From positions 1 through 41,672 of the IMG/VR virus record IMGVR_UViG_3300010362_000044: a DNA stretch of 41,672 nt; one strand, written 5' to 3'. Of the stretch, positions 26,009-34,810 are shown in pieces. The DNA is from a virus (Duplodnaviria > Caudoviricetes). Numbering within the stretch: the first letter of the stretch is position 1; every line of letters starts with the position of its first letter. Under the pieces are notes generated by a model, which saw nothing but the letters and a program-made list of their open reading frames with translations, did no database searches and was not told the DNA's origin. Both the position numbers and the translations under genes were made by a program.

Positions 26009-26175
26009 TGGCCGCCGACAAGAACCGGCCCGACCGACCCCGAGGCCCCAAGCACGTCGGCACCGGACGGATCACCGAGGACACCCCCGAACAGGACTAC
26101 CGCGACCAACAACGCGAGAACGACCAGGACGAACGCGCCATGCGACGCCTCCTCGGCGAACCCGACGAGGACTAG
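26008..26175 (+). CDS. Small hydrophilic protein
   Basis: TGATG coupling. Confidence 0.5.
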   Translation: MAADKNRPDRPRGPKHVGTGRITEDTPEQDYRDQQRENDQDERAMRRLLGEPDED

Positions 26176-26241
26176 ACCCCCCCGCCCAACCAGGGCCGCC
26201 CCCAACGCGAACGGGGGCGGCCCTGCCCTACTCTCCCCGTC

Positions 26242-26595
26242 ATGCGCTCGACCTGGCAGAGCCACGATCCCCTGTACCTCCTCGCCTGCTTCGCCCTCGC
26301 CGTCCTCGCCGTCGGCAGAGCCGCCCGCCTGGTCACCCACGACTCGTTTCCCCCCGCCGTCACGGTGCGGGTCTGGTGGTTCAACCACACCGGCAGGTGG
26401 GGCGACCTGTTCGGCTGCCCCTGGTGCATGACCCCCTGGCTCGCCGCCGCCGACCTCGGGTGGGCGGTGTGGTCCGGCCTCGACTGGCACCACTTCTGGG
26501 GGGCCGCCTGGCTCCTGGTCAACCTGTGGCTGGCGGTCGCCTATGCGGCTGGGATCGTGGTGGCCTACGACGAACGCGAGGAACCCCCCGAGTGA
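26242..26595 (+). CDS. DUF1360-like membrane protein
   Basis: LAVGRAARLVTHDSFPP...GDLFGCPWCMTPW. Confidence 0.75.
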   Translation: MRSTWQSHDPLYLLACFALAVLAVGRAARLVTHDSFPPAVTVRVWWFNHTGRWGDLFGCPWCMTPWLAAADLGWAVWSGLDWHHFWGAAWLLVNLWLAVAYAAGIVVAYDEREEPPE

Positions 26596-26635
26596 GGGTT
26601 ACCTTCAGGCAGGAGTAGTGCGAGGGTTACCCTCG
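26594..26635. promoter_or_regulatory. Paired GAGGGTTACC(C/T)TC sites (putative operator)
   Basis: GAGGGTTACCTTC at 26594-26606; inverted repeat CGAGGGT-T-ACCCTCG at 26621-26635 overlapping the next start codon. Confidence 0.5.
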
Positions 26636-26832
26636 TGATCACCTGCAACGTGACAGTCCCGATGAACCTGGTCTCGGCGCTGATCGACGGCTATGGGGGC
26701 CCCTCGGTGCAGACCGAGGAGGACATCATCGTCGCCGCCCTCGCCTTCGCCTACGACAACCGGGAGTTCTGGTGCCCCGTCACCCTGACCACTCCGGCGG
26801 CCCCTACCGTCAGGTCGTCGCCGTCAAGTTGA
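26635..26832 (+). CDS. Small hypothetical protein (possibly RHH-like)
   Basis: ITCNVTVPMNLVSALIDGY...EDIIVAALAFAY. Confidence 0.45.
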   Translation: MITCNVTVPMNLVSALIDGYGGPSVQTEEDIIVAALAFAYDNREFWCPVTLTTPAAPTVRSSPSS

Positions 26833-26939
26833 ACCCCGAGGCCCTGGCCGTCCTCGACCGGCTCCGAGGCACGACGCCTCGGGCGACCTATCTGCGTGAC
26901 CTGCTCCGCGCCGAGGCCCGCCGGCAGGCCCGCCGCTAG
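26772..26939 (+). CDS. Ribbon-helix-helix DNA-binding protein (55 aa, not in ORF track)
   Basis: GGGAG RBS, GTG start; QVVAVKLNPEALAVLDRLRGTTPRATYLRDLLRAEA. Confidence 0.65.
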   Translation: MPRHPDHSGGPYRQVVAVKLNPEALAVLDRLRGTTPRATYLRDLLRAEARRQARR

Positions 26940-26983
26940 CATCCGTCTCCCCGCCCGCCGTACGGCGGTCCTAGCCTGCCGGC
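26935..26983 (+). promoter_or_regulatory. Putative late promoter GCTAGC-N30-CTAGCCTGCC
   Basis: Same arrangement precedes the major capsid gene; TAGCCT lies 6 nt before the portal ATG. Confidence 0.55.
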
Positions 26984-28846
26984 ATGGCCCGAGGCGCAGC
27001 GTACGCACGACCCGTCCCCGCCGAGCCACCCAACAGCCTGATCGCCTCCGCCCTCCAAGTGACCTCCTCGGGCACCGGCCACCCCGGCCTGCCCGCCGGC
27101 GGCATCCAGGACTGGCAGGCCGAGGCGTGGTATTTCCTGGACTCGACCGGGGAACTGGCGTTCGCCGCGTCCTGGTTCGCCAACGCCATGAGCCGGGTCC
27201 GGCTCTACATCGAACGCAGCACGGCGGACGGGGGTGAGGAGGAGGTGGTCGCCGGCCCCGCCGTCGACGCCCTCAACTCGCTGGCCGGTGGCCCCGCCGG
27301 GCAGTCGCAGATGTTGGCCGCCGCCGGCCTGCACCTGTTCGTGCCCGGCGAGTTCTACCTGGTCGGGGAGGCCGACGAGGCCGGCAACGACACCTGGACC
27401 CTCTACTCCAACGCTGAGGTCAAGCCGCAGGGCACCGGGGGCCGCTACCAGGTGGACCGGGGCGACGGGGAGAAGCGGCTCATCGACACCGACCCCGAGG
27501 CCGCCGAGCCGGCGGTCGTCATCCGCATCTGGCGGTCCCACCCGCGTCTGTGGGTCGAGGCCACCAGTCCGTGCCGGGCGGTGCTGCCGATCCTGCGGGA
27601 GTTGGAGGGCCTGACGAAGTCCATCGGCGCATCCATCGACTCCCGGCTCGCCGGGGCCGGGATCCTGATGTTGCCCTCCGAGATGACGTTCACCGCGCCG
27701 CCGGCCCCGCCGTCGCCGGCAGGCACCCCCGCCGAAGGCCCCCCCCCGGCGTCCGACGCCAGCACGGACCAGTTCGTCGCCGACCTCGCCGAAGCGATGC
27801 TCACCCCCATCAAGGACCGGGGCAACGCGTCCGCCGTGGTGCCCATCGTGGTCCGGGCCCCCGGCGCCCTGATCGGCAACGCCAAGCACATCACGTTCGC
27901 GACCCCCCTGGACGACAAGAGCATCGACCTGCGGTCCGAGGCCATCCGCCGGCTCGCCCTCGGCCTCGACATGCCGCCCGAGGTCCTGCTCGGCACCGGC
28001 GACGTCAACCACTGGGGGGCCTGGCAGATCGAAGAAGCCGCCCTGAAGACCCACATCGAACCGGCCTGCGAACTCGTGTGCGCGGCCCTGACCGAACGGT
28101 GGCTCTACCCGCACCTCGAAGCGCAGGGCCAGGCCACCGAGTTCCTGGTCATCGCCGCCGACACCTCCGACCTGCGGCTCCGCCCCGACCACACCGCCGA
28201 GGCGTTCCAGTTGTACGACCGGCTCGAGATCAACGGCATCGCGCTGCGTCGGGAGACCGGGTTCGATGAGGGCGACGCCCCCGACCCGCCCGAGTTGGAG
28301 GCCATGCTGCTGCAACGCGCCGCCACCGGGGCCCTGACCCCCGAACTCGTGGCCGCCGCCCTGGACGCCCTCGGGGTTGACCTGTACCCGGAGCCGGCGA
28401 ACATGGAGGAGGCCGCCGGCGGGCCCGCGCCCACCCCGCCCACGACGGGTGAGCAGGAGCCCCCAGCGGTCCCCGAGACCGCCATCGAGAACCGCCGCGA
28501 CATTCCCGACCAGGCCGCCGCCACCCTCCTGGCCGGCGCGTGGCCGCTCGCCCACCGGGCCGTCGAGAGGGCCCGCAACAAGCACTCGGCCCGCTCCAAG
28601 ACCATCCGGCCCGTCCCGCCCGACCGGCTCGAGGCGTGCATGACGGGGGCCATCGACCGGAGGCTGACCGGGCAGGTGGCGCAACTCGTCGGCTGCGACC
28701 CGACCGCGTTCGACGCCGCCATCGAGGGCTACGCCCGGGACCGGCTCCTGGCCGGCGCGGACCACGACCCTCGGCTCCTGGTCCGCCGGCTCCGGGCCGC
28801 CCGCGCCCGGACCGCGCTCGCCGCCCCCGAGGCTCGTCGTGCCTGA
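26984..28846 (+). CDS. Portal protein
   Basis: WQAEAWYFLDSTGEL...SRVRLY...SRLAGAGIL...AIRRLALGLDMPPEVLLGTGDVNHWGAWQI; position before MuF. Confidence 0.9.
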   Translation: MARGAAYARPVPAEPPNSLIASALQVTSSGTGHPGLPAGGIQDWQAEAWYFLDSTGELAFAASWFANAMSRVRLYIERSTADGGEEEVVAGPAVDALNSLAGGPAGQSQMLAAAGLHLFVPGEFYLVGEADEAGNDTWTLYSNAEVKPQGTGGRYQVDRGDGEKRLIDTDPEAAEPAVVIRIWRSHPRLWVEATSPCRAVLPILRELEGLTKSIGASIDSRLAGAGILMLPSEMTFTAPPAPPSPAGTPAEGPPPASDASTDQFVADLAEAMLTPIKDRGNASAVVPIVVRAPGALIGNAKHITFATPLDDKSIDLRSEAIRRLALGLDMPPEVLLGTGDVNHWGAWQIEEAALKTHIEPACELVCAALTERWLYPHLEAQGQATEFLVIAADTSDLRLRPDHTAEAFQLYDRLEINGIALRRETGFDEGDAPDPPELEAMLLQRAATGALTPELVAAALDALGVDLYPEPANMEEAAGGPAPTPPTTGEQEPPAVPETAIENRRDIPDQAAATLLAGAWPLAHRAVERARNKHSARSKTIRPVPPDRLEACMTGAIDRRLTGQVAQLVGCDPTAFDAAIEGYARDRLLAGADHDPRLLVRRLRAARARTALAAPEARRA

Positions 28847-30380
28847 CGTCCAGGAGCGGATGATCGCCACCGGCGAGGCCCGGGTCGAGGCCGCCGTGGT
28901 GAAGGCGATGCGCATGTTGGCCGCCGAGTCGGTGCGGGCGTTGGAGGAGGCCGGCTGGGACGAAGCGGTCCTCGACACCCGGTGGCCGGAGTGGCAACGC
29001 CTGGTCGAGACGGTCATCCTGCCGGTGGTCGAGCAGGTCTACACCGACGCCTACGACCGGCAGGCCGGCCACCTGCCCGGCGAGGGGGTGACCGCCGCCG
29101 CCTCCCATGACGCCATCCAGAACGCCAGCAAGCATCTGGCGGAGGTGCAGAACCGGGTGGTCGGGGTCGGCGACAACGTGTTCAACCTGATCCGGGGCAC
29201 GCTCGATGAGGGCCGGCTGGCCGGCGAGGAGATCCCGAAGTTGGCGGCCCGGGTTGAGGCGACGCTCGCCTCGGAGGGTGCGGCGACGTGGCGGAACCGG
29301 GGCCGCACCATCGCGAGGACTGAGGTGGCCGCCGCCCACAACGCCGGCGCGTTCACCGCCGCCCGCGCCACCGCCGACTCGCTGGGTGAGGACCCGGAGC
29401 AGGTGGTCAAGGAGTGGAACGCCTCTGCCGACGACCGGACCAGGGAGACGCATGTCGAGGCGAACGGGCAGCAGGTGTTCGGGATGGACACGCCGTTCGA
29501 CGTGGGCGGCTACCCGTTGGCGTTCCCCGGTGACCCGGCAGGCCCGCCGGAGGAGGTCATCAACTGCCGGTGCTGGGTCTCCTACCTGATGCCCGGCGAC
29601 CCCGGCTACCCCGAGACGGTGGGGCCGTCGCCCGAGGACGAGGACCCGAAGCCGGAGCCCCTCGACCTGGCCACCCAGGTCGCCGCCTACGAAGCGGAGG
29701 GGATGACCAACGCGCAGGCGATCAACCTCGCCGCCCGGGACCTGGCCGCCAACATGGACGAGTTCAAGGCGTGGGAGGCCCGGAACTGGGCCCGGACCAC
29801 CGAGGCGTTCTACGGCGACGTGCAACCCGACCCGGCGCTGGCCGGGCGGACGCTGCGGGCCTACTCGTCGGCGAACCCGAGGTGGGGCACCGACCCCGCC
29901 TATGGGATCAACTGCCAGAACACGGTCACCGCCTTCGACATGCGGATGCGTGGCTACAACGTCGAGGCCCTGCCGAACTCGGGGGCCTCGGAGATCAAGG
30001 GCTCGGACTACCTGACCCGCTGGTTCGACCCGGCCACCGGGTCCACGAACCTGTTGGAGCGGGCGAAGTTCCTACCTGAACCCGGGGGGATGAAGGGCCG
30101 CATCTACGCCCACAAGGACATCGTCGCCGGCGTCGAGCAGGTCGCCACCGGCGAGGGCAAGCAGTGGGGCATCGTCTACACCGAGTGGGTCAAGGGCGAC
30201 GCCCACGTCTTCAACTGGGTCAAGAACGCGGACGGGACCATCGAGTTCGTTGATGCGCAGACGGGCACCCTGTACGGACCAGTGTCAGGTATGTGGCGGC
30301 AGATGCGGCCCGGGAAGGCGGTCGTCATGCGGACCGACGACCTGGCCCGCCCGAACGGAGAAGGAGTGAAGTTCAGATGA
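28839..30380 (+). CDS. MuF-like minor head protein with C-terminal papain-fold (Tox-PL-like) toxin domain
   Basis: MuF: IARTEV...KEWNASADDRTRETH...PGDPAGPPEEVINCRC. Tail: INCQ (Cys 29913), AHVFN (His 30204), FVDAQ (Asp 30252). Confidence 0.8.
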   Translation: MPDVQERMIATGEARVEAAVVKAMRMLAAESVRALEEAGWDEAVLDTRWPEWQRLVETVILPVVEQVYTDAYDRQAGHLPGEGVTAAASHDAIQNASKHLAEVQNRVVGVGDNVFNLIRGTLDEGRLAGEEIPKLAARVEATLASEGAATWRNRGRTIARTEVAAAHNAGAFTAARATADSLGEDPEQVVKEWNASADDRTRETHVEANGQQVFGMDTPFDVGGYPLAFPGDPAGPPEEVINCRCWVSYLMPGDPGYPETVGPSPEDEDPKPEPLDLATQVAAYEAEGMTNAQAINLAARDLAANMDEFKAWEARNWARTTEAFYGDVQPDPALAGRTLRAYSSANPRWGTDPAYGINCQNTVTAFDMRMRGYNVEALPNSGASEIKGSDYLTRWFDPATGSTNLLERAKFLPEPGGMKGRIYAHKDIVAGVEQVATGEGKQWGIVYTEWVKGDAHVFNWVKNADGTIEFVDAQTGTLYGPVSGMWRQMRPGKAVVMRTDDLARPNGEGVKFR

Positions 30381-32896
30381 CCCTCAACCATGCACAGGCC
30401 CGCGTCGCCGCCGAGGCCGCCGTCGCCACCCTGCCGGGCGGCATCACCATCGACCCGGCCCCGCCCGCCGAGTGGGGTCCGTGGCTCGGGTACGCACAGT
30501 CCTCGGGTGGCCTGGTGGTCCCGGACACGCCGCCGGTGTTCGTCAACACCGAGACCGGCACCGTCCTGGCCGACCGGCTGCCGCCCGGGTTCGCCTACGA
30601 CACCACCCGGCCCGCCTGGGACCGCCTGGTCCCGCCGCCCGGTCTGACCGCCGCCGCCGAGACGTTCCAGGACGACGACGAGCCGACCGGGGTGGTCCTG
30701 GTCGCCCTGCCCGCCGCCGACGACCCCGTCAACGACATCGGTGAGGAGGAGAAGCACGCCACCCTGCTGTGGTTCGGTGAGGCCGGCGAGAACCCGGACC
30801 TGGACCTCGCGACCCTGACGACCGCCGCCGAGGCCGCCGCCACCGTCGGGCAGCCGTTCACCGAGCAGGTGGACGGGGTAGCCAGCCTCGGTGACGACGG
30901 GGCCCGGGTCTGGATGATCCCCGCCGGCGGAGCGTTGGCGGCGGTCCGGAACGCCCTGCTCGACGCCCCCGGCGTCCAGGACGCCGTGAACGCGGTGGAG
31001 CAGCACGACGGGTACACGCCGCACGTCACCATCGGCTACCCGGCGGAGGGGGCCGAGGAACTGGACCCCGAGGTTGAGGACGCCGCCGCCGCCGTCGAGC
31101 AGATCGGGTTCGACCGGCTGGCCCTGTGGGTCGGCGACGACCACTCCGCGACCTGGACCCTGGCCGGCGAGGCCGGCGGCGACCAGGAGCCCGCCCCCGC
31201 CGAGGAGCCGGCTCCTGCTTCCGAGAGCGCACCCGCCGCCGGCGCACCCTGGTTCGGGATCCTGGCCCCCGAGGAGGTCCGCACCGGCGACGGACGCGAG
31301 TTCGCCGAGGGCTCCCTGACCTGGCGGGACCTGCCGCTGCCGCTGATGTTCCAGGACGCGCAGGCCCTCGGCCACGACGGCGCGGTCCGGGTCGGCAGGA
31401 TCGACGCCATCGAACGCGACACCGACACGTACCCGACGCCGATGATCCGGGCGGTCGGCACCTGGGACACGTCCCCGACCGCCGAGGAGGCGCAACGGCA
31501 GATCGACGCCGGCATCCTGCGGGGCACCAGCATCGACGCCGACGACTACGTCGCCGAGTTCGTGGACGCCAACGGTGACCCGGTCCGCATCGAGGACCTG
31601 TTCTTCGGACCCGAGGACGGGGGCGAGGTCATCGAGCGGGCGACGGCGGCCCGCATCTGCGGGGCCACCCTGTGCAGCATCCCCGCCTTCCACCAGGCAT
31701 ACGTCGCCAACGGCACCCGCGACCCGTCGCTGCCGGAGCCGGGCCAGACCGAGCAGGCCCCGGAGGGGGTGGCCGTCGAGTTCGTCTCCGAGAAGCCGTG
31801 GGGCAACTTCACCGCCGCCGACTACACCAACGACCAGTGGAAGAACGCGACCCTGATCCATCTCGACCCCGCCGAGGGGCAGGACCCGGCCTCGAAGTCC
31901 CTGCACCGGCTGCCGGTCTACGAGCCTGCCGGGGCGTTGAACCGGGGCGGCTGTCATGCCGCCGCGTCGGTCCTGGCCGGCGGCAGGGGCGGTGTGGACG
32001 CGCCGCCGGACAAGCGTGAGGCCGCCGCCACCACCCTGATCGGCCTCTACACGAACCAGTTGGACGAGACGCCACCGGACTCCCTGTACCGGGCCGCCGG
32101 CAAGGAGCCGCCCGCCTCGGCAGCGCACCTGGTGGCCTCGGCCCGCCCCGTCCAGGGGTCGGCGGAGGGGCTGCCGCCCGCCGACTGGTTCCGTCGTCCG
32201 CCGGCCCTGGACGCCGGCCTGACCGCGTTGACCATCGACGGGGACCGTCTGTTCGGGCACCTGGCCGCCTGGGGCACCTGCCACATCGGCCACGACGGGG
32301 TCTGCATCACCCCACCCCACTCGGCCACCGGCTACGCCTACTACGCGACCGGGGTCGCCGAGACCGACGAGGGACTGGTGCAGGTCGGGCAGGTGACGAT
32401 GGACACCGGCCACGCCGCCGCCTCGCTGGGGTGGCGGCCCGCCGCCGCCCACTACGACAACACCGGCGCGGCGGTCGCCGACATCGCGGTCGGCGAGGAC
32501 GAGTGGGGGATCTGGTTCGCCGGCTGCCTGCGGGACACCGCCGACCAGGCGACGCGGGCTGCCCTGGCCGCCGCCGGGGCCCTGTCCGGTGACTGGCGGG
32601 ACACCGGCGGCCCCGACCTGGAACTGGTCGCCTGCCTGGCCGTCAACGTGCCCGGGTTCCCGGTCCCGAGGTTGCAGGTCGCCGCCGCCGCCGGCAGACA
32701 GACCGCGCTGGTCGCCTCCGGCATCCTCGAGCCGGAGGTCCGGGACGAGCCGCCGGCGTCGTTCGCCGACCAGGTGATCGCCATCATCCGCGCCGACCGG
32801 GCACGCCGGTCCAGGGTGGCGTCGCTGCGGCGTAGCCTCGGACGCGACCCGGCCACCAGGATCGCCGCCGCCCGGCGCGCCATCGGAAGGGAGTGA
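30377..32896 (+). CDS. Capsid maturation protease fused to an N-terminal Imm35/YrhB-like domain and a 2H phosphoesterase
   Basis: ATGA overlap, AAGGAG RBS. PPVFVNTETG (Imm35-like); HATL (30755) and PHVTI (31022) 2H motifs; protease TGDGREF...PLPLMFQ...HDGAVRVGRI...GTSID...ATLCSIPAF; C-terminal GHLAAWGTCH and LSGDWR. Confidence 0.8.
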   Translation: MTLNHAQARVAAEAAVATLPGGITIDPAPPAEWGPWLGYAQSSGGLVVPDTPPVFVNTETGTVLADRLPPGFAYDTTRPAWDRLVPPPGLTAAAETFQDDDEPTGVVLVALPAADDPVNDIGEEEKHATLLWFGEAGENPDLDLATLTTAAEAAATVGQPFTEQVDGVASLGDDGARVWMIPAGGALAAVRNALLDAPGVQDAVNAVEQHDGYTPHVTIGYPAEGAEELDPEVEDAAAAVEQIGFDRLALWVGDDHSATWTLAGEAGGDQEPAPAEEPAPASESAPAAGAPWFGILAPEEVRTGDGREFAEGSLTWRDLPLPLMFQDAQALGHDGAVRVGRIDAIERDTDTYPTPMIRAVGTWDTSPTAEEAQRQIDAGILRGTSIDADDYVAEFVDANGDPVRIEDLFFGPEDGGEVIERATAARICGATLCSIPAFHQAYVANGTRDPSLPEPGQTEQAPEGVAVEFVSEKPWGNFTAADYTNDQWKNATLIHLDPAEGQDPASKSLHRLPVYEPAGALNRGGCHAAASVLAGGRGGVDAPPDKREAAATTLIGLYTNQLDETPPDSLYRAAGKEPPASAAHLVASARPVQGSAEGLPPADWFRRPPALDAGLTALTIDGDRLFGHLAAWGTCHIGHDGVCITPPHSATGYAYYATGVAETDEGLVQVGQVTMDTGHAAASLGWRPAAAHYDNTGAAVADIAVGEDEWGIWFAGCLRDTADQATRAALAAAGALSGDWRDTGGPDLELVACLAVNVPGFPVPRLQVAAAAGRQTALVASGILEPEVRDEPPASFADQVIAIIRADRARRSRVASLRRSLGRDPATRIAAARRAIGRE

Positions 32897-32900
32897 CCTC

Positions 32901-33062
32901 GTGGGCTGCAACTGCGGAGGCTCCAAGACCAACTATCAGGTGCGGTTCGCCTCGGGGTCGGTGCAGGTCTACAAGACGCTCGCCGAGGCGCAGGCCGCCA
33001 TCGCACAGTCCGGCGGCAACGGCACCGGCTCCACGATCAAGGCCGTGGCCGCCACCAAGTGA
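32901..33062 (+). CDS. Small MGCNCG-type head-associated protein (not in ORF track)
   Basis: MGCNCGGSKTNYQVRFASGSVQVYKTLAEAQAAI...; GGGAG RBS. Confidence 0.7.
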   Translation: MGCNCGGSKTNYQVRFASGSVQVYKTLAEAQAAIAQSGGNGTGSTIKAVAATK

Positions 33063-33076
33063 GGAAGGGGAACCCT

Positions 33077-33232
33077 ATGTCCACCCAACCGTCCGACGAC
33101 GACCTGACCGACGAGGAGTTGGTCGAGGACGGCGACGACGACGCCAAGTACGTGCCCGGCAACCCCGACGACGACGGGCAGGACCGGGAGAACACCGAAC
33201 GCCCGGGCCGCAACAAGCACGAGGGAGAGTGA
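33077..33232 (+). CDS. Small acidic protein (51 aa, not in ORF track)
   Basis: MSTQPSDDDLTDEELVEDGDDDAKY...; GAAGGGG RBS. Confidence 0.55.
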   Translation: MSTQPSDDDLTDEELVEDGDDDAKYVPGNPDDDGQDRENTERPGRNKHEGE

Positions 33233-33233
33233 C

Positions 33234-33614
33234 GTGGCCTACACCGCGAAGGCCGCCGCCCGGAACGCGGTCAACGACAAGACCAACAGCCCGGGCTACT
33301 GCCTGCAACAGACCCGCGAGTGGTGCGGCATCTCGTCCCGCTACCCGGACGCCTCGACCGCCTGGTTCAACACCAACGACCGGCACCCCGGGAACCGGCG
33401 ACCGCCTCGGGGCGCGGCGGTCTACTGGACCGGCGGCTCCCACGGCTACGGCCACATCGCCCTCTCCCTCGGGGACGGGAAGATCAGGTCCACCGACGCC
33501 GGCGGCTCCGGCAGGGTCGCCACCGTCCAACTCGGGTGGGTGGAGGCGCATTGGGGCCTCCGGTACGCCGGCTGGGCGTGGGACATCAACGAGCAGACCA
33601 TCCGGCACGGCTGA
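33234..33614 (+). CDS. Endolysin, CHAP/NlpC-P60-like peptidase (single domain)
   Basis: GYCLQQTREW...PPRGAAVYWTGGSHGYGHIALSLGDGKIRSTD...WGLRYAGW. Confidence 0.8.
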   Translation: MAYTAKAAARNAVNDKTNSPGYCLQQTREWCGISSRYPDASTAWFNTNDRHPGNRRPPRGAAVYWTGGSHGYGHIALSLGDGKIRSTDAGGSGRVATVQLGWVEAHWGLRYAGWAWDINEQTIRHG

Positions 33615-33616
33615 CC

Positions 33617-34333
33617 ATGCCTGCGTTCACCATCCAGCACACGTCGCTGCAGGCGACCGACCCGGATGCGCAACGCCGGCAGGACGCGGAGCGGGTGTTC
33701 GCCTACGCCCGGCGCCACGACAACGAGGTCCTGACCGGCACCGAGGCCGGCACGTCACCGACCCGGGAGGCCATCCCCGCCGCCGCGAAGGCCCACGGCT
33801 ACGCCTGCTACGTCGCCTCGCCCGGTGACTCGTGGATCGCGGTGGACCAGCGGTGGGCCGACATGCGGGTCGTGGACCGCGACTTCGAGAAGGTCGTGGA
33901 CGCCGGCCACGGCCACGGTCCCCGAGGGGTCGGGTTCCTGGTGGTGCAGACCAGGTTCGGGCGGCTGGCGTTCGCCTCGCTGCACCTGCTCGCCCCGCAC
34001 AGCGTGGACGACGAGCCGCACGCCAACGACCGGCTCCGGGACCGGGCCGTCGAGTGGGCGAAGGACCACGGGCCGCTGTCGTTCGTGGACGCCGACACGA
34101 ACACGAACGACGAGAAGCGCAACGTGTGGCACTCGCCGTCCCTGGTCACCTGCTGGGACGAGGTCGGGAAGTACCCGGGCACCATCGAGGGCGGAGCCAA
34201 GTTCACCATCGACGTCATCTCCCGTCTGAAGGCGTCCCGGGCCGAGTTCACCGGGGCGCAGCGGGTCGGGGACGCCGTGTTCCGGCTCAACGCCGACCAC
34301 CAGTTGATCCAGGCGAAGGTCCAGATCCCATGA
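33617..34333 (+). CDS. Endonuclease/exonuclease/phosphatase (EEP)-fold enzyme
   Basis: TGTEA, SLHL, DADTN, TIDVI and NADH motifs in EEP order. Confidence 0.7.
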   Translation: MPAFTIQHTSLQATDPDAQRRQDAERVFAYARRHDNEVLTGTEAGTSPTREAIPAAAKAHGYACYVASPGDSWIAVDQRWADMRVVDRDFEKVVDAGHGHGPRGVGFLVVQTRFGRLAFASLHLLAPHSVDDEPHANDRLRDRAVEWAKDHGPLSFVDADTNTNDEKRNVWHSPSLVTCWDEVGKYPGTIEGGAKFTIDVISRLKASRAEFTGAQRVGDAVFRLNADHQLIQAKVQIP

Positions 34334-34542
34334 GCGACACCACCCCGGCCCCCGCCGCCCCTCGGAAGTCGAAGGCCCCGATCACGAAGGTGTCCGCCGC
34401 CGGCATCGGCGGGGCCGTCGCGACCATCGTGGTCGGCATCATCGAGGCCGGCGGCGGGAACGTGGACGGCAGCCTGGCCGCCGCGATCACCACCGTCTGC
34501 GCGTTCGCCGCCGGCTACGTCACGCCCCCTCGCGGCGGCTGA
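34330..34542 (+). CDS. Holin (2 TM)
   Basis: KVSAAGIGGAVATIVVGII...AAAITTVCAFAAGYVTP; lysis cassette. Confidence 0.7.
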   Translation: MSDTTPAPAAPRKSKAPITKVSAAGIGGAVATIVVGIIEAGGGNVDGSLAAAITTVCAFAAGYVTPPRGG

Positions 34543-34543
34543 C

Positions 34544-34810
34544 ATGAGGGGCCGGTCCACCACCGACCTGCTCATCCTCCTGGTGGCCGGGACCGTCTGC
34601 TTCGCGCTGCTGGCGTTCGGGGCCACCATCGGGGCGCTGCGCCTGTTCCGCCCGGACACGGACGTCAACGCCGCCGAGTCCGGCCTGTTCGACATCATCA
34701 ACACGATGATCGGTCTCCTGGCTGGGTTCGTCGCCGGACGGTCCGGGCCGCCGCCCTCAGACAAGCCAGATGCTTCTAATAGAAGCAGCGATGCAACCCC
34801 GCCGACATGA
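34544..34810 (+). CDS. Membrane protein (2 TM), lysis accessory
   Basis: [24 protein letters not shown] and [15 protein letters not shown]. Confidence 0.7.
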   Translation: MRGRSTTDLLILLVAGTVCFALLAFGATIGALRLFRPDTDVNAAESGLFDIINTMIGLLAGFVAGRSGPPPSDKPDASNRSSDATPPT

